Below are positions 1 through 9,282 of a stretch of DNA of 64,000 nt, in pieces; within the stretch, counting starts at the first letter, position 1; each line of letters begins with the position of its first letter. Source of the DNA: an uncultured Verrucomicrobiae bacterium (GTDB taxonomy: Bacteria; Verrucomicrobiota; Verrucomicrobiia; Limisphaerales; JAFGQR01); the NCBI GenBank assembly GCA_963788655.1, contig CAWBHS010000058.1, forward strand, positions 32,001-96,000. Reading direction: 5' to 3'. The notes beneath the pieces were generated by a model, which saw only the letters and a program-made list of their open reading frames with translations, did no database searches and was not told the DNA's origin. A program made the translations under genes and the position numbers.

Positions 1-680
1 AATACTTGGTGTTCTGGGATTTAACCGTGTCTTCAATGGCTTCACTGATGGCGATCCCCAGGCTGCCGGGGCAATCCGGATCTTCCTTCAGCAATTGGCG
101 GCCAAACTCCGTTTGATCACTTGGACTGGCATGAACGGTGGCGCCCCAGGTTTCCATCAGGAGCTTCCGATACGGCTTCTGTTGGAAACTCACTTTGACC
201 ATGTACACGTTGCACTCCAAACCGAACAATTTACAGGCCATGGCCAGGGATGACCCCCATTGGCCGGCGCCGGTTTCGGTCGCCAACCGCTTGGTGCCGG
301 CTTCCTTGTTGTAGAACGCCTGCGGCACGGCGGTGTTGGGCTTGTGGCTGCCGGCGGGACTGCCGCCCTCGGTACTTGTAGTAGATGTGGGCCGGGGTTT
401 GCAGGGCTTGCTCCAAGCGGACCGCGCGCAGCAACGGCGTGGGCCGCCATAGGGTGTAAACGTCCTGGACCGGCTCCGGAATATCGACGTAGCGATCCGG
501 ACACATTTCCTGCTGGACCAGGTTTTCCGGGAAGATCGCCGCCAGCATGTCGGGGGTGACGGGTTCCTTGGTGCCGGGGTGCAGCGGCGGCGGCAGCGGC
601 TCGGGGAAATCGGCGAGCAGGTTATACCATTGTTTGGGCATGTCCTCTTGGGACAGGGCGAATCGAATTTTCTGGCTCAT
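1..680 (-). CDS. trpB2: TrpB-like PLP enzyme (tryptophan synthase beta chain 2); runs off the window edge; +1 indel near 371
   Basis: MPKQWYNL...WRPTPLLRA...HIYYKY, then after removing one extra C (TAC C GAG) [14 protein letters not shown]...TETGAGQWG...[11 protein letters not shown], which are TrpB2 motifs including the PLP lysine. Confidence 0.92.
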
Positions 681-916
681 GCGTTCTAGTTACAGGGTTA
701 AAACGCGGCTAGGAATATCGCTTATCCGCCCCGCTGTCAAACATGCAAATTGGTCGGCACCAAAATCGTTCGTGCCATTTGCCCAGGGGTCCGTTAGAAA
801 CCGTCGCATGCGTTTGGCATCCTCAACAGTGGTTCGGGCGAACACCAAAGCGCGGGTACTGCCGCGCCGACCGTGCGACCAAGGTGGTTTCATTCGGCGA
901 TCCGCAAGGCCAGTTT

Positions 917-2371
917 ATGGAGCCCACTAATCCATCCCGTTACCAACCCTTGGATAAGCCGGCGGAAACGGAGCGCGCCACGCTGCGCACACATCAGAAA
1001 GCGTTTCAGATCAATCTCGATCCAGGCAAATACGGCTCGCTCGCGGAGATCGGCGCCGGCCAGGAAGTGGCGCGCTGGTTTTTTCGCGTGGGCGGCGCCG
1101 CCGGCACCATCGCCAAGACCATGTCCGCCTACGACATGGCGGTGAGCGATGACATTTACGGGAAAGTTCCCCGGTATGTCAGCCGGCAACGACTGCTCTC
1201 GATGTTGGACCACGAATATGCGCTCATGGAGCAGCGCCTCAGCCGCGAGCGCGGCGCGAGCACCCGGTTTTTCTCCTTTGCCGACACCGTCGCCGCCAAG
1301 AGTTTCAATCGCCAGGACGACTGCCATGGCTGGATGGGCATCCGGTTTCAAGTCCAGCCGTTCGGGCCGTCCAACGAAATTATCATCCACGTGCGCCTGT
1401 TGGACCGGGAGAATCTGCAACAGCAGGAAGTGCTGGGAATTCTCGGCGTCAATTTGATTTACGGCGCCATGTATTTGCACGAGTGTCCGGTGCGGTTGAT
1501 CCATTCGTTGCAAGACAATCTCGCGATAGAACGTTTCGAAGTGGACCTGATCCAGTTTACCGGGCCCGCCTTCACCGGGGTGGACAACCGCCTCATGAGC
1601 CTGCAATTGGTGCAACAGGGATTGACGAATGCCGCCATGTTCACCGCACAAGGCGAAGTGGTGCAACCGTCCGAAATCCTCTACAAGAAGGCGATCCTGG
1701 CCGAACGCGGCAGTTTCCGTCCCGTCACCAAAGCCACTCTGGATTTGCTACGCTGTGCCCGGGAACAATACGTGCGGGATGCCGGCGTGTCCGAAGACGA
1801 ATTGGTGGTGCTGTTGGAAATGACCCTCAACAACCTGATGGACAATGGAGCCATTGATCATCGCGATTTCCTGGATCGCGCGGACCTGATCACCACGTTG
1901 GGCCGCCCGGTGCTTATCTCGAATTTTGCGCGGCACTACAAACTGGGGGCTTATCTCCAGCAGCATACCCACCAAATGATTGGTCTGGCCATGGGCCTGC
2001 CAACGCTGCGGGAGATCTTCAATGAAAAGTACTATACCGACCTCGAAGGCGGCATTCTCGAATCCTTTGGCCGGCTGTTTAAAAATGATTTGAAATTGTA
2101 CGTGTATCCGTTCCAGGACGAAATGACCGGCGAAATTGTGACGGTCGAAAATTTGCGGGTCGCACCGAACTTACTGCACTTATACCAGCATCTGCTCGAT
2201 AACCGGTTCATCCAAAGCCTGCACGGCTTTGACGCCGGTTGCCTGCCGTTTTACGCGCAACACGTGCTGGCCAAAATCCAAGCCAATGAACCTTCGTGGG
2301 AGACGATGGTGCCGGAGCAGGTGGCGGGGATGATCCGGGAACGCGGGCTGTTCCAGAAGCCGCGAACGTAG
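917..2371 (+). CDS. Conserved protein with nucleotidyltransferase-like C-terminal half (NMN/nicotinate adenylyltransferase-like); family often mislabelled TonB-dependent receptor
   Basis: YGSLAEIGAGQEVARWFFRVGGAAGTIAKTMSAYDM family signature; GSFRPVT resembles the GSFxPxH motif. No signal peptide or beta-barrel pattern. ATG at 917 chosen as start. Confidence 0.6.
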   Translation: MEPTNPSRYQPLDKPAETERATLRTHQKAFQINLDPGKYGSLAEIGAGQEVARWFFRVGGAAGTIAKTMSAYDMAVSDDIYGKVPRYVSRQRLLSMLDHEYALMEQRLSRERGASTRFFSFADTVAAKSFNRQDDCHGWMGIRFQVQPFGPSNEIIIHVRLLDRENLQQQEVLGILGVNLIYGAMYLHECPVRLIHSLQDNLAIERFEVDLIQFTGPAFTGVDNRLMSLQLVQQGLTNAAMFTAQGEVVQPSEILYKKAILAERGSFRPVTKATLDLLRCAREQYVRDAGVSEDELVVLLEMTLNNLMDNGAIDHRDFLDRADLITTLGRPVLISNFARHYKLGAYLQQHTHQMIGLAMGLPTLREIFNEKYYTDLEGGILESFGRLFKNDLKLYVYPFQDEMTGEIVTVENLRVAPNLLHLYQHLLDNRFIQSLHGFDAGCLPFYAQHVLAKIQANEPSWETMVPEQVAGMIRERGLFQKPRT

Positions 2372-2372
2372 G

Positions 2373-2700
2373 CGATGCGGGGTGTCGGATGCCGGATGCC
2401 GGATGCCAGATGCGGGATGGTGCATCCAAGGCAGGAATGAGTGGAGTGGCCCATCAAGCCGGATGCCGGATGCCAGATGCCAGATGCCGGATGCCGGATG
2501 CCAGATGCCAGATGCCAGATGCCAGATGCCGGATGCCAGGTGCCGGATGCCAGGTGCCGGATGCCAGGTGCCGGATGCCAGGTGCCGGATGCCAGGTGCC
2601 GGATGCCAGGTGCCGGATGCCAGGTGCCGGATGCCAGATGCCAGATGCGACCAGGTGCCGGATGCCAGATGCCGGTGCCAGATGCCGGATACTGGATGGC
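2373..2700 (+). repeat. Heptamer tandem repeat array (RGRTGCC)n
   Basis: 26 uninterrupted 7-mers at 2461-2642 (GGATGCC/AGATGCC/AGGTGCC), including 7 copies of the 14-mer GGATGCC-AGGTGCC at 2531-2628. Degenerate units at 2373-2421 and 2643-2700. Confidence 0.97.
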
Positions 2701-2770
2701 GTGCCGCGCAGGCTTTCAACCTTGAACAGGGCGCCCAGGAGCAGCCGGCAAGGAGCGCAATTTTTAGGGG

Positions 2771-2800
2771 TTGACCCCGTGCCGAAAATCGCCGTAACCT
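2771..2800 (+). promoter_or_regulatory. Putative sigma70 promoter (Pc-like) upstream of the cassette array
   Basis: TTGACC-18 bp-TAACCT, about 70 bp upstream of the attI-like core and pointing into the cassettes. Confidence 0.45.
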
Positions 2801-2840
2801 AATCGCGCGTATGGAATTACCGACGGAGTTTCACTAGTTC

Positions 2841-2878
2841 AATATACGAACGGCTGGTTCGTATATTAATTGTTAAAC
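2841..2878 (+). other. Putative attI-like recombination site
   Basis: Inverted repeat AATATACGAAC/GTTCGTATATT followed by a GTTRRRY core (GTTAAAC, 2872-2878) just before the first cassette ATG at 2890. Confidence 0.5.
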
Positions 2879-2889
2879 TAGACCACGTA

Positions 2890-3270
2890 ATGAAAGCAAA
2901 AGACATCATCATAATTGTGCTGCTGCTGGCACTTGCGGTCGTGAGTTACGCTCTTGGTTATCGCAACGGCAAGTTCCGAGACATTGAGAGGCGAGAGGCG
3001 GCAGCCCGCCTCAGCACCAGCCTTCTTCTGTATGCGGTTGCCGAGAAGGGGGACATGGGGAAGTTGCGGAGCGACCTGGGCATAGTCGTCCTCGGGCAGA
3101 CGCGGACCTTCGAAGAGAGATACGGCGTCCCGCACAGCGATGATTGGTTTGCGGAGCGTTTTGCTCACGCACAGACCATCGCTACGCAAATCGAGAGCCG
3201 GCTTGTGCGTTTCAATTCGCCGCGAGATTTCATCCACGCAATAGAGAAAACCAATGCCGCACCAAAATAG
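2890..3270 (+). CDS. Cassette 1: hypothetical protein with N-terminal signal/TM helix (126 aa)
   Basis: MKAKDIIIIVLLLALAVVSYALG; lies between the attI-like site and attC1. Confidence 0.75.
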   Translation: MKAKDIIIIVLLLALAVVSYALGYRNGKFRDIERREAAARLSTSLLLYAVAEKGDMGKLRSDLGIVVLGQTRTFEERYGVPHSDDWFAERFAHAQTIATQIESRLVRFNSPRDFIHAIEKTNAAPK

Positions 3271-3292
3271 ACAAACGCTTGATTCGCGGCAT

Positions 3293-3380
3293 AGCAAACC
3301 GACTGCACCGAACCCCGCGATTACGTCGCCGTCTCAACTTGGAAATCACGGGCGCGGGGTCGGTGGCCGGGATGTTAGCT
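3293..3380 (+). other. attC site 1
   Basis: R'' AGCAAAC pairs with R' GTTAGCT. Inner arms CACCGAACCCCGCG / CGCGGGGTCGGTG pair with one unpaired base. Confidence 0.8.
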
Positions 3381-3391
3381 CGGAGATCCGC

Positions 3392-3706
3392 ATGCTCATA
3401 TTTTTCTCCATTACGGTCGTCGTAATGCCCGCGCTCCTCACGGAGGCAGCGTGCGCGTTCGCCGAGCGGCAGCATCGACGGGCTGCTTGGTACGTAGCGT
3501 TACTCAGCTGCATTGTGACTGGATTTATTGGCGCTATTTTGATTTTTCAGGGAGACGTATTCTATTTGGATTCTTGGCTGGACAACGGCAAAGGTTCGTC
3601 CGTTCGGAATTGCTTCCTGATAGGGAGTGGGGTCGGCCTTTTCCCCGGATTGTTAGTGGTCCGATTTTACCGTGAGAAATTCAGATGCCAGAAAAAACCA
3701 GCCTAA
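3392..3706 (+). CDS. Cassette 2: hypothetical membrane protein, about 3 TM helices (104 aa)
   Basis: GGAG RBS and ATG just after attC1; hydrophobic segments; stop codon TAA lies inside R'' of attC2. Confidence 0.72.
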   Translation: MLIFFSITVVVMPALLTEAACAFAERQHRRAAWYVALLSCIVTGFIGAILIFQGDVFYLDSWLDNGKGSSVRNCFLIGSGVGLFPGLLVVRFYREKFRCQKKPA

Positions 3707-3827
3707 CAAAATCATTTCAGACAACTGGCTTATGCCGATTGGCTTTGATGCCATTTATGAAAATTGAACCTTTAACTTTGAGTCGAAGCACCGGCTTCCG
3801 AGCCAGTGTCTGACTTCGGCGTTCGGC
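3701..3827 (+). other. attC site 2
   Basis: R'' GCCTAAC overlaps the stop codon; R' GTTCGGC. Arms TCAGACAACTGGCT / AGCCAGTGTCTGA pair with one extra base. Confidence 0.87.
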
Positions 3828-3885
3828 CTATGGATTCGATGCCGCGTAACAAACACACTGAAACCACGTCAACACAGGAAAGAAT

Positions 3886-4719
3886 ATGAAAATGAAGAAT
3901 ATCTCAGTCAGCATGGTGGTACTTGCGTCCTTGTTGAGCGCGACAGCCAACGGTTTCCAATCAGGCGAGTATGACGAAGAAGCTTTGCGGCTACTTCGCA
4001 CGATGTCTGGGGCGATTCCTTTGCGGACCACATCACTCCAAAAGACCGCACCCGATTTTGCCGTCCAGAAGCACCCTGGGCTCGCTTGGGGCGAGGCGGT
4101 CGCTGAGGCTAACTCGCGCTTCGGCCAGCGCCAACCTGAGCGGGCGGTTTTCCTCCGAAAATACCTTGGAAAGGGATCGCCCGAGATTCAGCTCGTTGAA
4201 CTGCAATTACCCTCCTCAGGGATTTCCTTTGTCACGGGAAGCGGTATATCGAGAGGATTCGTGTTTGGCCCGGCGGACAAGCCGACCGCGACAATCACGG
4301 TTCGGGTTGTGCCGGGCCAACTCCTCATTGGCGAGCCGACGCTCGACCTCACGACCGCCACGGTAGAGGGAGTAGTTTACAGCCATCTTAAGTTCGATTT
4401 GAACGACCACCTGACTTCCGCTACTCGGCAGTTACCACCAAATTCCAAGGGAGTGACTCTCACAGTGGGACAGAACACCTCAGGCACTGGCGGCGTAAAC
4501 TTTTTCTGGGTGCAGATTTCAGCGCCGGGCGGTGAATCGGAGTCGATCAACTGCACGCCGGACTTGGTGATTAGGGAGCGATGGGTGAGAAGTCCGGGGC
4601 ATCTGGACTTTCGAGAGGTGTATGAGAACGGAATTCTGCGCAGGCGGGTGCATTACAACAAGCGGCAAGTCAAAGGAGGAACGCAAACCTACATCGAACG
4701 AGAAGAAAGGTTTCCGTGA
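3886..4719 (+). CDS. Cassette 3: hypothetical secreted protein (277 aa)
   Basis: Signal peptide MKMKNISVSMVVLASLLSATANG; AGGAA upstream; no family recognised. Confidence 0.75.
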   Translation: MKMKNISVSMVVLASLLSATANGFQSGEYDEEALRLLRTMSGAIPLRTTSLQKTAPDFAVQKHPGLAWGEAVAEANSRFGQRQPERAVFLRKYLGKGSPEIQLVELQLPSSGISFVTGSGISRGFVFGPADKPTATITVRVVPGQLLIGEPTLDLTTATVEGVVYSHLKFDLNDHLTSATRQLPPNSKGVTLTVGQNTSGTGGVNFFWVQISAPGGESESINCTPDLVIRERWVRSPGHLDFREVYENGILRRRVHYNKRQVKGGTQTYIEREERFP

Positions 4720-4729
4720 ATAAACCGTC

Positions 4730-4839
4730 GCATAACACCTGTGCTTGGCCGAACAGCCGGCCCGGTCATCGGTCGGCGCTGGCGTTTCGATTGGTGGCTT
4801 CGTGCTCATTCGCGGCTGTCGGTCAGCTCAGGGTTCATG
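4730..4839 (+). other. attC site 3 (more degenerate)
   Basis: R'' GCATAAC 10 bp after the stop; arms TGGCCGAACAGCCG / CGGCTGTCGGTCA; GTT core at 4833. Confidence 0.68.
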
Positions 4840-4875
4840 AGTAGGTTTTTGGAAACCACATGAGGAGCGGGAAGA

Positions 4876-5060
4876 TCATGTGCTTTTCTGCGTGTCGGCG
4901 ATGAGGCCGCAGATGACGGCGGCGACGGTAAACATCAACTCGCAGTCGTTGTAATAGTCGTCGCGGGCGATTTGTTTCCAGATGTATTTGACGCGGCCAC
5001 GGGGTTGGTGACTTCTTCGCGGCGGACGGCGGAGAGTTGTTGGAGGTTGTCCCAAACGCC
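4876..5060 (-). pseudogene. Remnant resembling the C-terminus of a phage terminase large subunit (GpA family)
   Basis: Manual translation across one frameshift gives LQQLSAVRREEVTNP/RGRVKYIWKQIARDDYYNDCELMFTVAAVICG*. Similarity to the GpA nuclease-domain end is from recall, not a search. Confidence 0.45.
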
Positions 5061-5310
5061 ATTTTAGTCCTCATTGGTGCTCCTTGGTTACCGTTCGAAA
5101 GGCGCAAAAGAGAATTGCCGCACTCCAAGACGCTGTAGCGTCAGTCCCAGCACCAAGCCCATTGCGAAGTTCAAGCCGCATGGATAGGCTTGCGAAAATC
5201 CAAACTCCAGTGCCGGCTTCCACCCCCATTAACCGTTCGACTCCCTGACAGCCGCCGAGTTAAAAGTCCCTACATGGTCGTGGCGGCCCTTCTCGCACCG
5301 CGGACCACGA

Positions 5311-6622
5311 TTACTCGTGCCGCAGGGCTTCGATGGGATCCAGTTCGGCCGCGGTCGAGGCGGGATAGATCCCAAAGACGATCCCCACCGCGGCCGAAAT
5401 GCCAAACGCTACGATCACGGACCACGCGGTGATGATGGTTTCCATGTCGGTGAGTTGGGAAACAATGAAAGGAATCACCACGCCGACGACCACGCCGATC
5501 AAACCGCCACCCACGGACAACACGACCGTCTCCACCAGGAACTGGGTGGTGATGTCCAGTTTGCGCGCGCCCAACGCCCGACGGATGCCGATTTCGCGGG
5601 TCCGCTCGGTCACCGTGGCCAGCATGATGTTCATGATGCCAATACCACCGACCAGCAGCGAGATGGCCGCGATGGAACCCAGCACCAGGTTGAAGATGGC
5701 CTTGACCTGTTCCGCTTTGCGCAGCAGTTGCAACGGCACGATCACCTCATAATCGTTTTGATCGTGAAACTTGTTCAGCAGCGTCTGCACCTGCGGCGCG
5801 GCCGCTTCTACAGCCGCATCATCGCGCATGCGGACCTTGATTTCGTGCAGTTCGACCCGTTCGAAATTCAGGCTCGGAAACTGGCCGCGCACGATGGTTT
5901 CCCCGAAGCGCGATCGGGTGGTTGAGAGGGGCAGGTACACGAACTGGTCGAGCGTCTCGCCCCGGATATCACCGGACTGGCTTCGTTGTTCGGGCGCGTT
6001 GGTTTCGCGCACAATACCCACCACGCTGTAATAGACCGACCCGATCTTGATGGTGTGCGTGAGGGGATTTTGATAGGGAAAGAGTTTCTTGGCCAGCGAC
6101 GCCGTGATCACGCACACATTGGCCTGATGTTCTTCGTCAATTTCGCTGAGGAACCGGCCGGCCAAAATATCGAGGCGCACGATTTCCGGGTAAAAGGACA
6201 GCGTGCCGACAATCTGGCAAGCCGCCTGGTTCTGGCCAAACCGGGCGACGTCGCGGATCAGCCGCATGGGCAACACCCGCAACACTCCGGGAATGGTGGA
6301 CTGCAACCGGGCGCCGTCATCGTATTTCAAACCGTAGGAAATTTCGAAACTCCGTCCGGACGTGGTTACTTCGTCTTGTTTGTCCGGGGGCTTGAGGCTG
6401 CGAATGATGATGTTGTCCGCGCCCAATTCCTTGATCTGTTGTTGGGCTTTGTGACGAAGCCCCTTCCCCGATGGCCAGCATGGCGATCACCGAACACACC
6501 CCGAAGATGATGCCCAACATGGTCAGGCCCGAACGCAGCTTGTGCAGCAAGAGGCTCTTGACCCCCAATTGGATTGCGCTCAGCGAGGTGTATCCGAGCA
6601 GTTTGACGAGCGAAGTGGCCAT
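5311..6622 (-). CDS. MacB/FtsX-family ABC transporter permease; +1 indel near 6454
   Basis: N-terminal [28 protein letters not shown] joins [16 protein letters not shown] after removing one base. C-terminal [28 protein letters not shown]...DPIEALRHE. Confidence 0.92.
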
Positions 6623-6626
6623 GCTG

Positions 6627-7427
6627 CTACGGCGGCGGCGGGCGCGGAGACTGAATCTCGCGTTGCGCCAGATCCCGGTCAATCAGGCCATCCTTCATGT
6701 GCAGGACGCGATGGGCGCGCAGGGCGACGTTGGGATCGTGGGTCACCAGGACGATGGTTTTGCCCTGGTCATTGAGCTGGTCAATGATTTCGAGCACTTC
6801 GGTCCCGGTCTTCGAATCAAGGTTGCCGGTCGGTTCGTCCGCCAGGATCATGAGCGGATCGTTGGCCAGCGCACGCGCAATGGCCACACGTTGCTGCTGG
6901 CCGCCGGACAATTGGGTCGGCCGGTGATCCAGTCGGTCGGCCAATCCGACCAGCCCGGCCAACTCGACGCAGCGGTCGTAAGTCTCTTTGAAGGAATGGC
7001 CCTGGTAGAACAACGGCACCTGGATGTTCTCGATGACGGTCAGTTGCGGGATCAGGTTGTAGGATTGGAAAATGAAACCGATACGTTTGCCGCGTGCTTT
7101 CGAGAGTTCGTCGTCCGGCATCTTCGAAACATCGTCGCCGCCGAGGAAGTAGCGGCCGGCGGTGGGGCGGTCCAGGCACCCCAAAATGTTCAGCATGGTG
7201 GATTTGCCCGAGCCGGACGGTCCCATGATCGCCACGTAGGAACCGGGGGAGACTTCCAGACTGACGTTGCGCAAGGCCAACACAATGTTTTCCTCGCCGA
7301 GAATGTATTTCTTCTCGATGTCCTCGAGCCGGATAATGGCTTCCAGCCGCGGGCGTTCCCGGCGCAAGTCCAGCGCGGCATCGTGGTCGTCGGACCGCAC
7401 TTCGAGGGATGGTTCGTGGGCAATCAT
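6627..7427 (-). CDS. ABC transporter ATP-binding protein (MacB/LolD type)
   Basis: GPSGSGKST Walker A, LSGGQQQR signature, [15 protein letters not shown]. Confidence 0.96.
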   Translation of the reverse strand: MIAHEPSLEVRSDDHDAALDLRRERPRLEAIIRLEDIEKKYILGEENIVLALRNVSLEVSPGSYVAIMGPSGSGKSTMLNILGCLDRPTAGRYFLGGDDVSKMPDDELSKARGKRIGFIFQSYNLIPQLTVIENIQVPLFYQGHSFKETYDRCVELAGLVGLADRLDHRPTQLSGGQQQRVAIARALANDPLMILADEPTGNLDSKTGTEVLEIIDQLNDQGKTIVLVTHDPNVALRAHRVLHMKDGLIDRDLAQREIQSPRPPPP

Positions 7428-9280
7428 TCGGCGCGGGTTTCGGGCGAGCGGTTGCGCGGTCCCCGGCCTCCGCCAAAGCTTTGCCGCATGGCGGCCTTCT
7501 CGTTGTCGTCCAATTCCCCGTCGCCGTTCTTGTCGAAACGTTTCAGCATCTCCGCGCGGTTGATACCGGGCCGCTGGCCGCCGGTCTTGCGCTCATCGGC
7601 GCCCGGAGCTGGCACGGAACCCGTCAGGTCAGGACGACCCCCGGGCTCCGCGAGCGGCCCTTTCGTATGGGTGGCGCTTCCGGCGATTGGGGGTCCATTC
7701 GGTCCAGGCCCGTTTTCGAGTGGGCCATTGCCCGCGGTAAAGCCCGCCTGGGGTTCGGGAATTTTGTCGTCTTTGGTGATGATCGCTCCGCCCAAGTCTT
7801 TTTCTTCAACGTCATAAGGCGGCGAAAGGAGCACCTGGTCGCCGGTCTGCAAGCCGGAGGCAATCTCGATGAACTTGGTGTTGAACATGCCCACTTCCAC
7901 CGGCACCGGTTCGGAACTGCCGCCCGTTTTGACATACACCACGGATTGGCCCTTGCGGGTGGTGACGGCCTGGATGGGAACGGTCAGGGCCGAAGGAATA
8001 TTGGTAATGACGATCTCGGCCCGCGCGGATACACCCGGTTTGATGCCCGGCAGTTTGTCGGTGATCACCACTTCGGATTTGTACACTTTCAAATCGGGAT
8101 TACCGAACATGCTTTGGGTGTCGGGCAGGACCGCCACCTTGCTCACCACGGCATGGAACCGCTGATCGGGTATCGAATCCAACACCACGAACGCCGCCTG
8201 CCCGGGATGAATCTTGCTGATATGGGATTCGTGGACTTTGATGCCCACTTTCATTTGGGAAGTATCCGGCAACTTGATGAGCTCCTGCCGCTCGCGCACC
8301 ATGGCCCCTTCCTCGATTAGTGATTGCGAGCTCCAGCGGCTGTGCATGGTCGCGTAGGCCACCAAGCCGTCCTGCGGCGCGCAAATCACGCTTTTCTCGA
8401 GCTGTTCCTTGTCGTCATCCAGTTTCTGTTTGGTCAACGCCAGGGAATTGCTCTGCGTGCTCAAATCGGCCGCCAACGTCGCCAGTTTGCTTTCGCCTTG
8501 GGCTTTGACCCGGTCCAGATCTTTTTTGGCTTCGTCCAGATCCGATTGGTAGGTCGCCATCATTTTGGGATGATCGAAATTGGTCAACATCCACAAGTTG
8601 GTCTGGGCCTTTTCCAACCGCATGGTCAGGTTGCGCACCGTGTTCCGGCCCTGATCAACCGCGTTCTTCGTTTCAAATCCCTTGGCAAACAGCTTTTCCG
8701 ACCACTCGAGGTTATCCTCGGCCAACAACAAGTCGCCATTGGCCGTGCTGATGTCGATCTGGGCGTTCCGCAATTCCTGGAGCTGCTGGCCTTTTTTGAA
8801 CTTGCCCAGATCCAGCTCGGCGAATTTCACTTTCAAGGCGGCGGCATCGATGCTGCTTTGGACGACGCTTTTTTCGATATCGAGATTCTTTTCGGCCTGC
8901 ACGTAGGCTGACTTGGATTTCTCGTAGGCAATTTCCTGTTGATTGACCTTCTCTTCGGCATCCGCCGTGTCCAACTTCACCAACTGCTCGCCTTTTTTCA
9001 CATACGTACCTTCCGGTACAATGTAGATGATGCGCGAATTGCCTTCGACCTCGTTGCGAATCACCACTTCGTTGACCGCCTCCAGCGTGCCCCCCTCGAC
9101 AATGGTTACCAGAAAGTCCCTGCGCTTCACTTCGTAATAGGCGGTTGCCGATTTTTCGGAGCGGACACATCCGCGCAACATCACGAGGCCAAGAACCACC
9201 ACCACGCCCGCGCCAATCGTCCAGCGGGGATGTTGTCGGGCCTTGCCCAGCCATCCAGTCAGTTTTCGAACCATATCCAT
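7424..9280 (-). CDS. Periplasmic adaptor (HlyD/MacA family) with C-terminal EF-hand-like tail
   Basis: TM anchor, VPEGTYVKKGEQLVKLD lipoyl half-motif, long coiled coil, ICAPQDGLV, IKPGVSA; tail RFDKNGDGELDDNEK. Confidence 0.9.
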   Translation of the reverse strand: MDMVRKLTGWLGKARQHPRWTIGAGVVVVLGLVMLRGCVRSEKSATAYYEVKRRDFLVTIVEGGTLEAVNEVVIRNEVEGNSRIIYIVPEGTYVKKGEQLVKLDTADAEEKVNQQEIAYEKSKSAYVQAEKNLDIEKSVVQSSIDAAALKVKFAELDLGKFKKGQQLQELRNAQIDISTANGDLLLAEDNLEWSEKLFAKGFETKNAVDQGRNTVRNLTMRLEKAQTNLWMLTNFDHPKMMATYQSDLDEAKKDLDRVKAQGESKLATLAADLSTQSNSLALTKQKLDDDKEQLEKSVICAPQDGLVAYATMHSRWSSQSLIEEGAMVRERQELIKLPDTSQMKVGIKVHESHISKIHPGQAAFVVLDSIPDQRFHAVVSKVAVLPDTQSMFGNPDLKVYKSEVVITDKLPGIKPGVSARAEIVITNIPSALTVPIQAVTTRKGQSVVYVKTGGSSEPVPVEVGMFNTKFIEIASGLQTGDQVLLSPPYDVEEKDLGGAIITKDDKIPEPQAGFTAGNGPLENGPGPNGPPIAGSATHTKGPLAEPGGRPDLTGSVPAPGADERKTGGQRPGINRAEMLKRFDKNGDGELDDNEKAAMRQSFGGGRGPRNRSPETRAE

Positions 9281-9282
9281 GA

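Larger units (their letters stand above)
2872..4839 (+). mobile_element. Integron gene-cassette array lacking an adjacent integrase (CALIN), 3 cassettes
   Basis: Three co-oriented orphan ORFs, each followed closely by an attC-type imperfect palindrome. No tyrosine recombinase ORF is seen in the window. Confidence 0.82.

Noticed and set aside
917..2371. TonB-dependent receptor
   Set aside because: No signal peptide, plug or beta-barrel pattern, or terminal Phe; the sequence looks like a soluble alpha/beta protein.
2373..2700. CRISPR array, or repeat-protein ORFs (MPDARC.../HLASGIW...)
   Set aside because: Contiguous 7-mers with no unique spacers and no cas genes; the ORFs are by-products of a stop-free repeat.
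2841..2878. Chromosomal dif site
   Set aside because: The palindrome lacks the XerD arm consensus (TTATGTTAAAT); its position before attC cassettes fits attI better.
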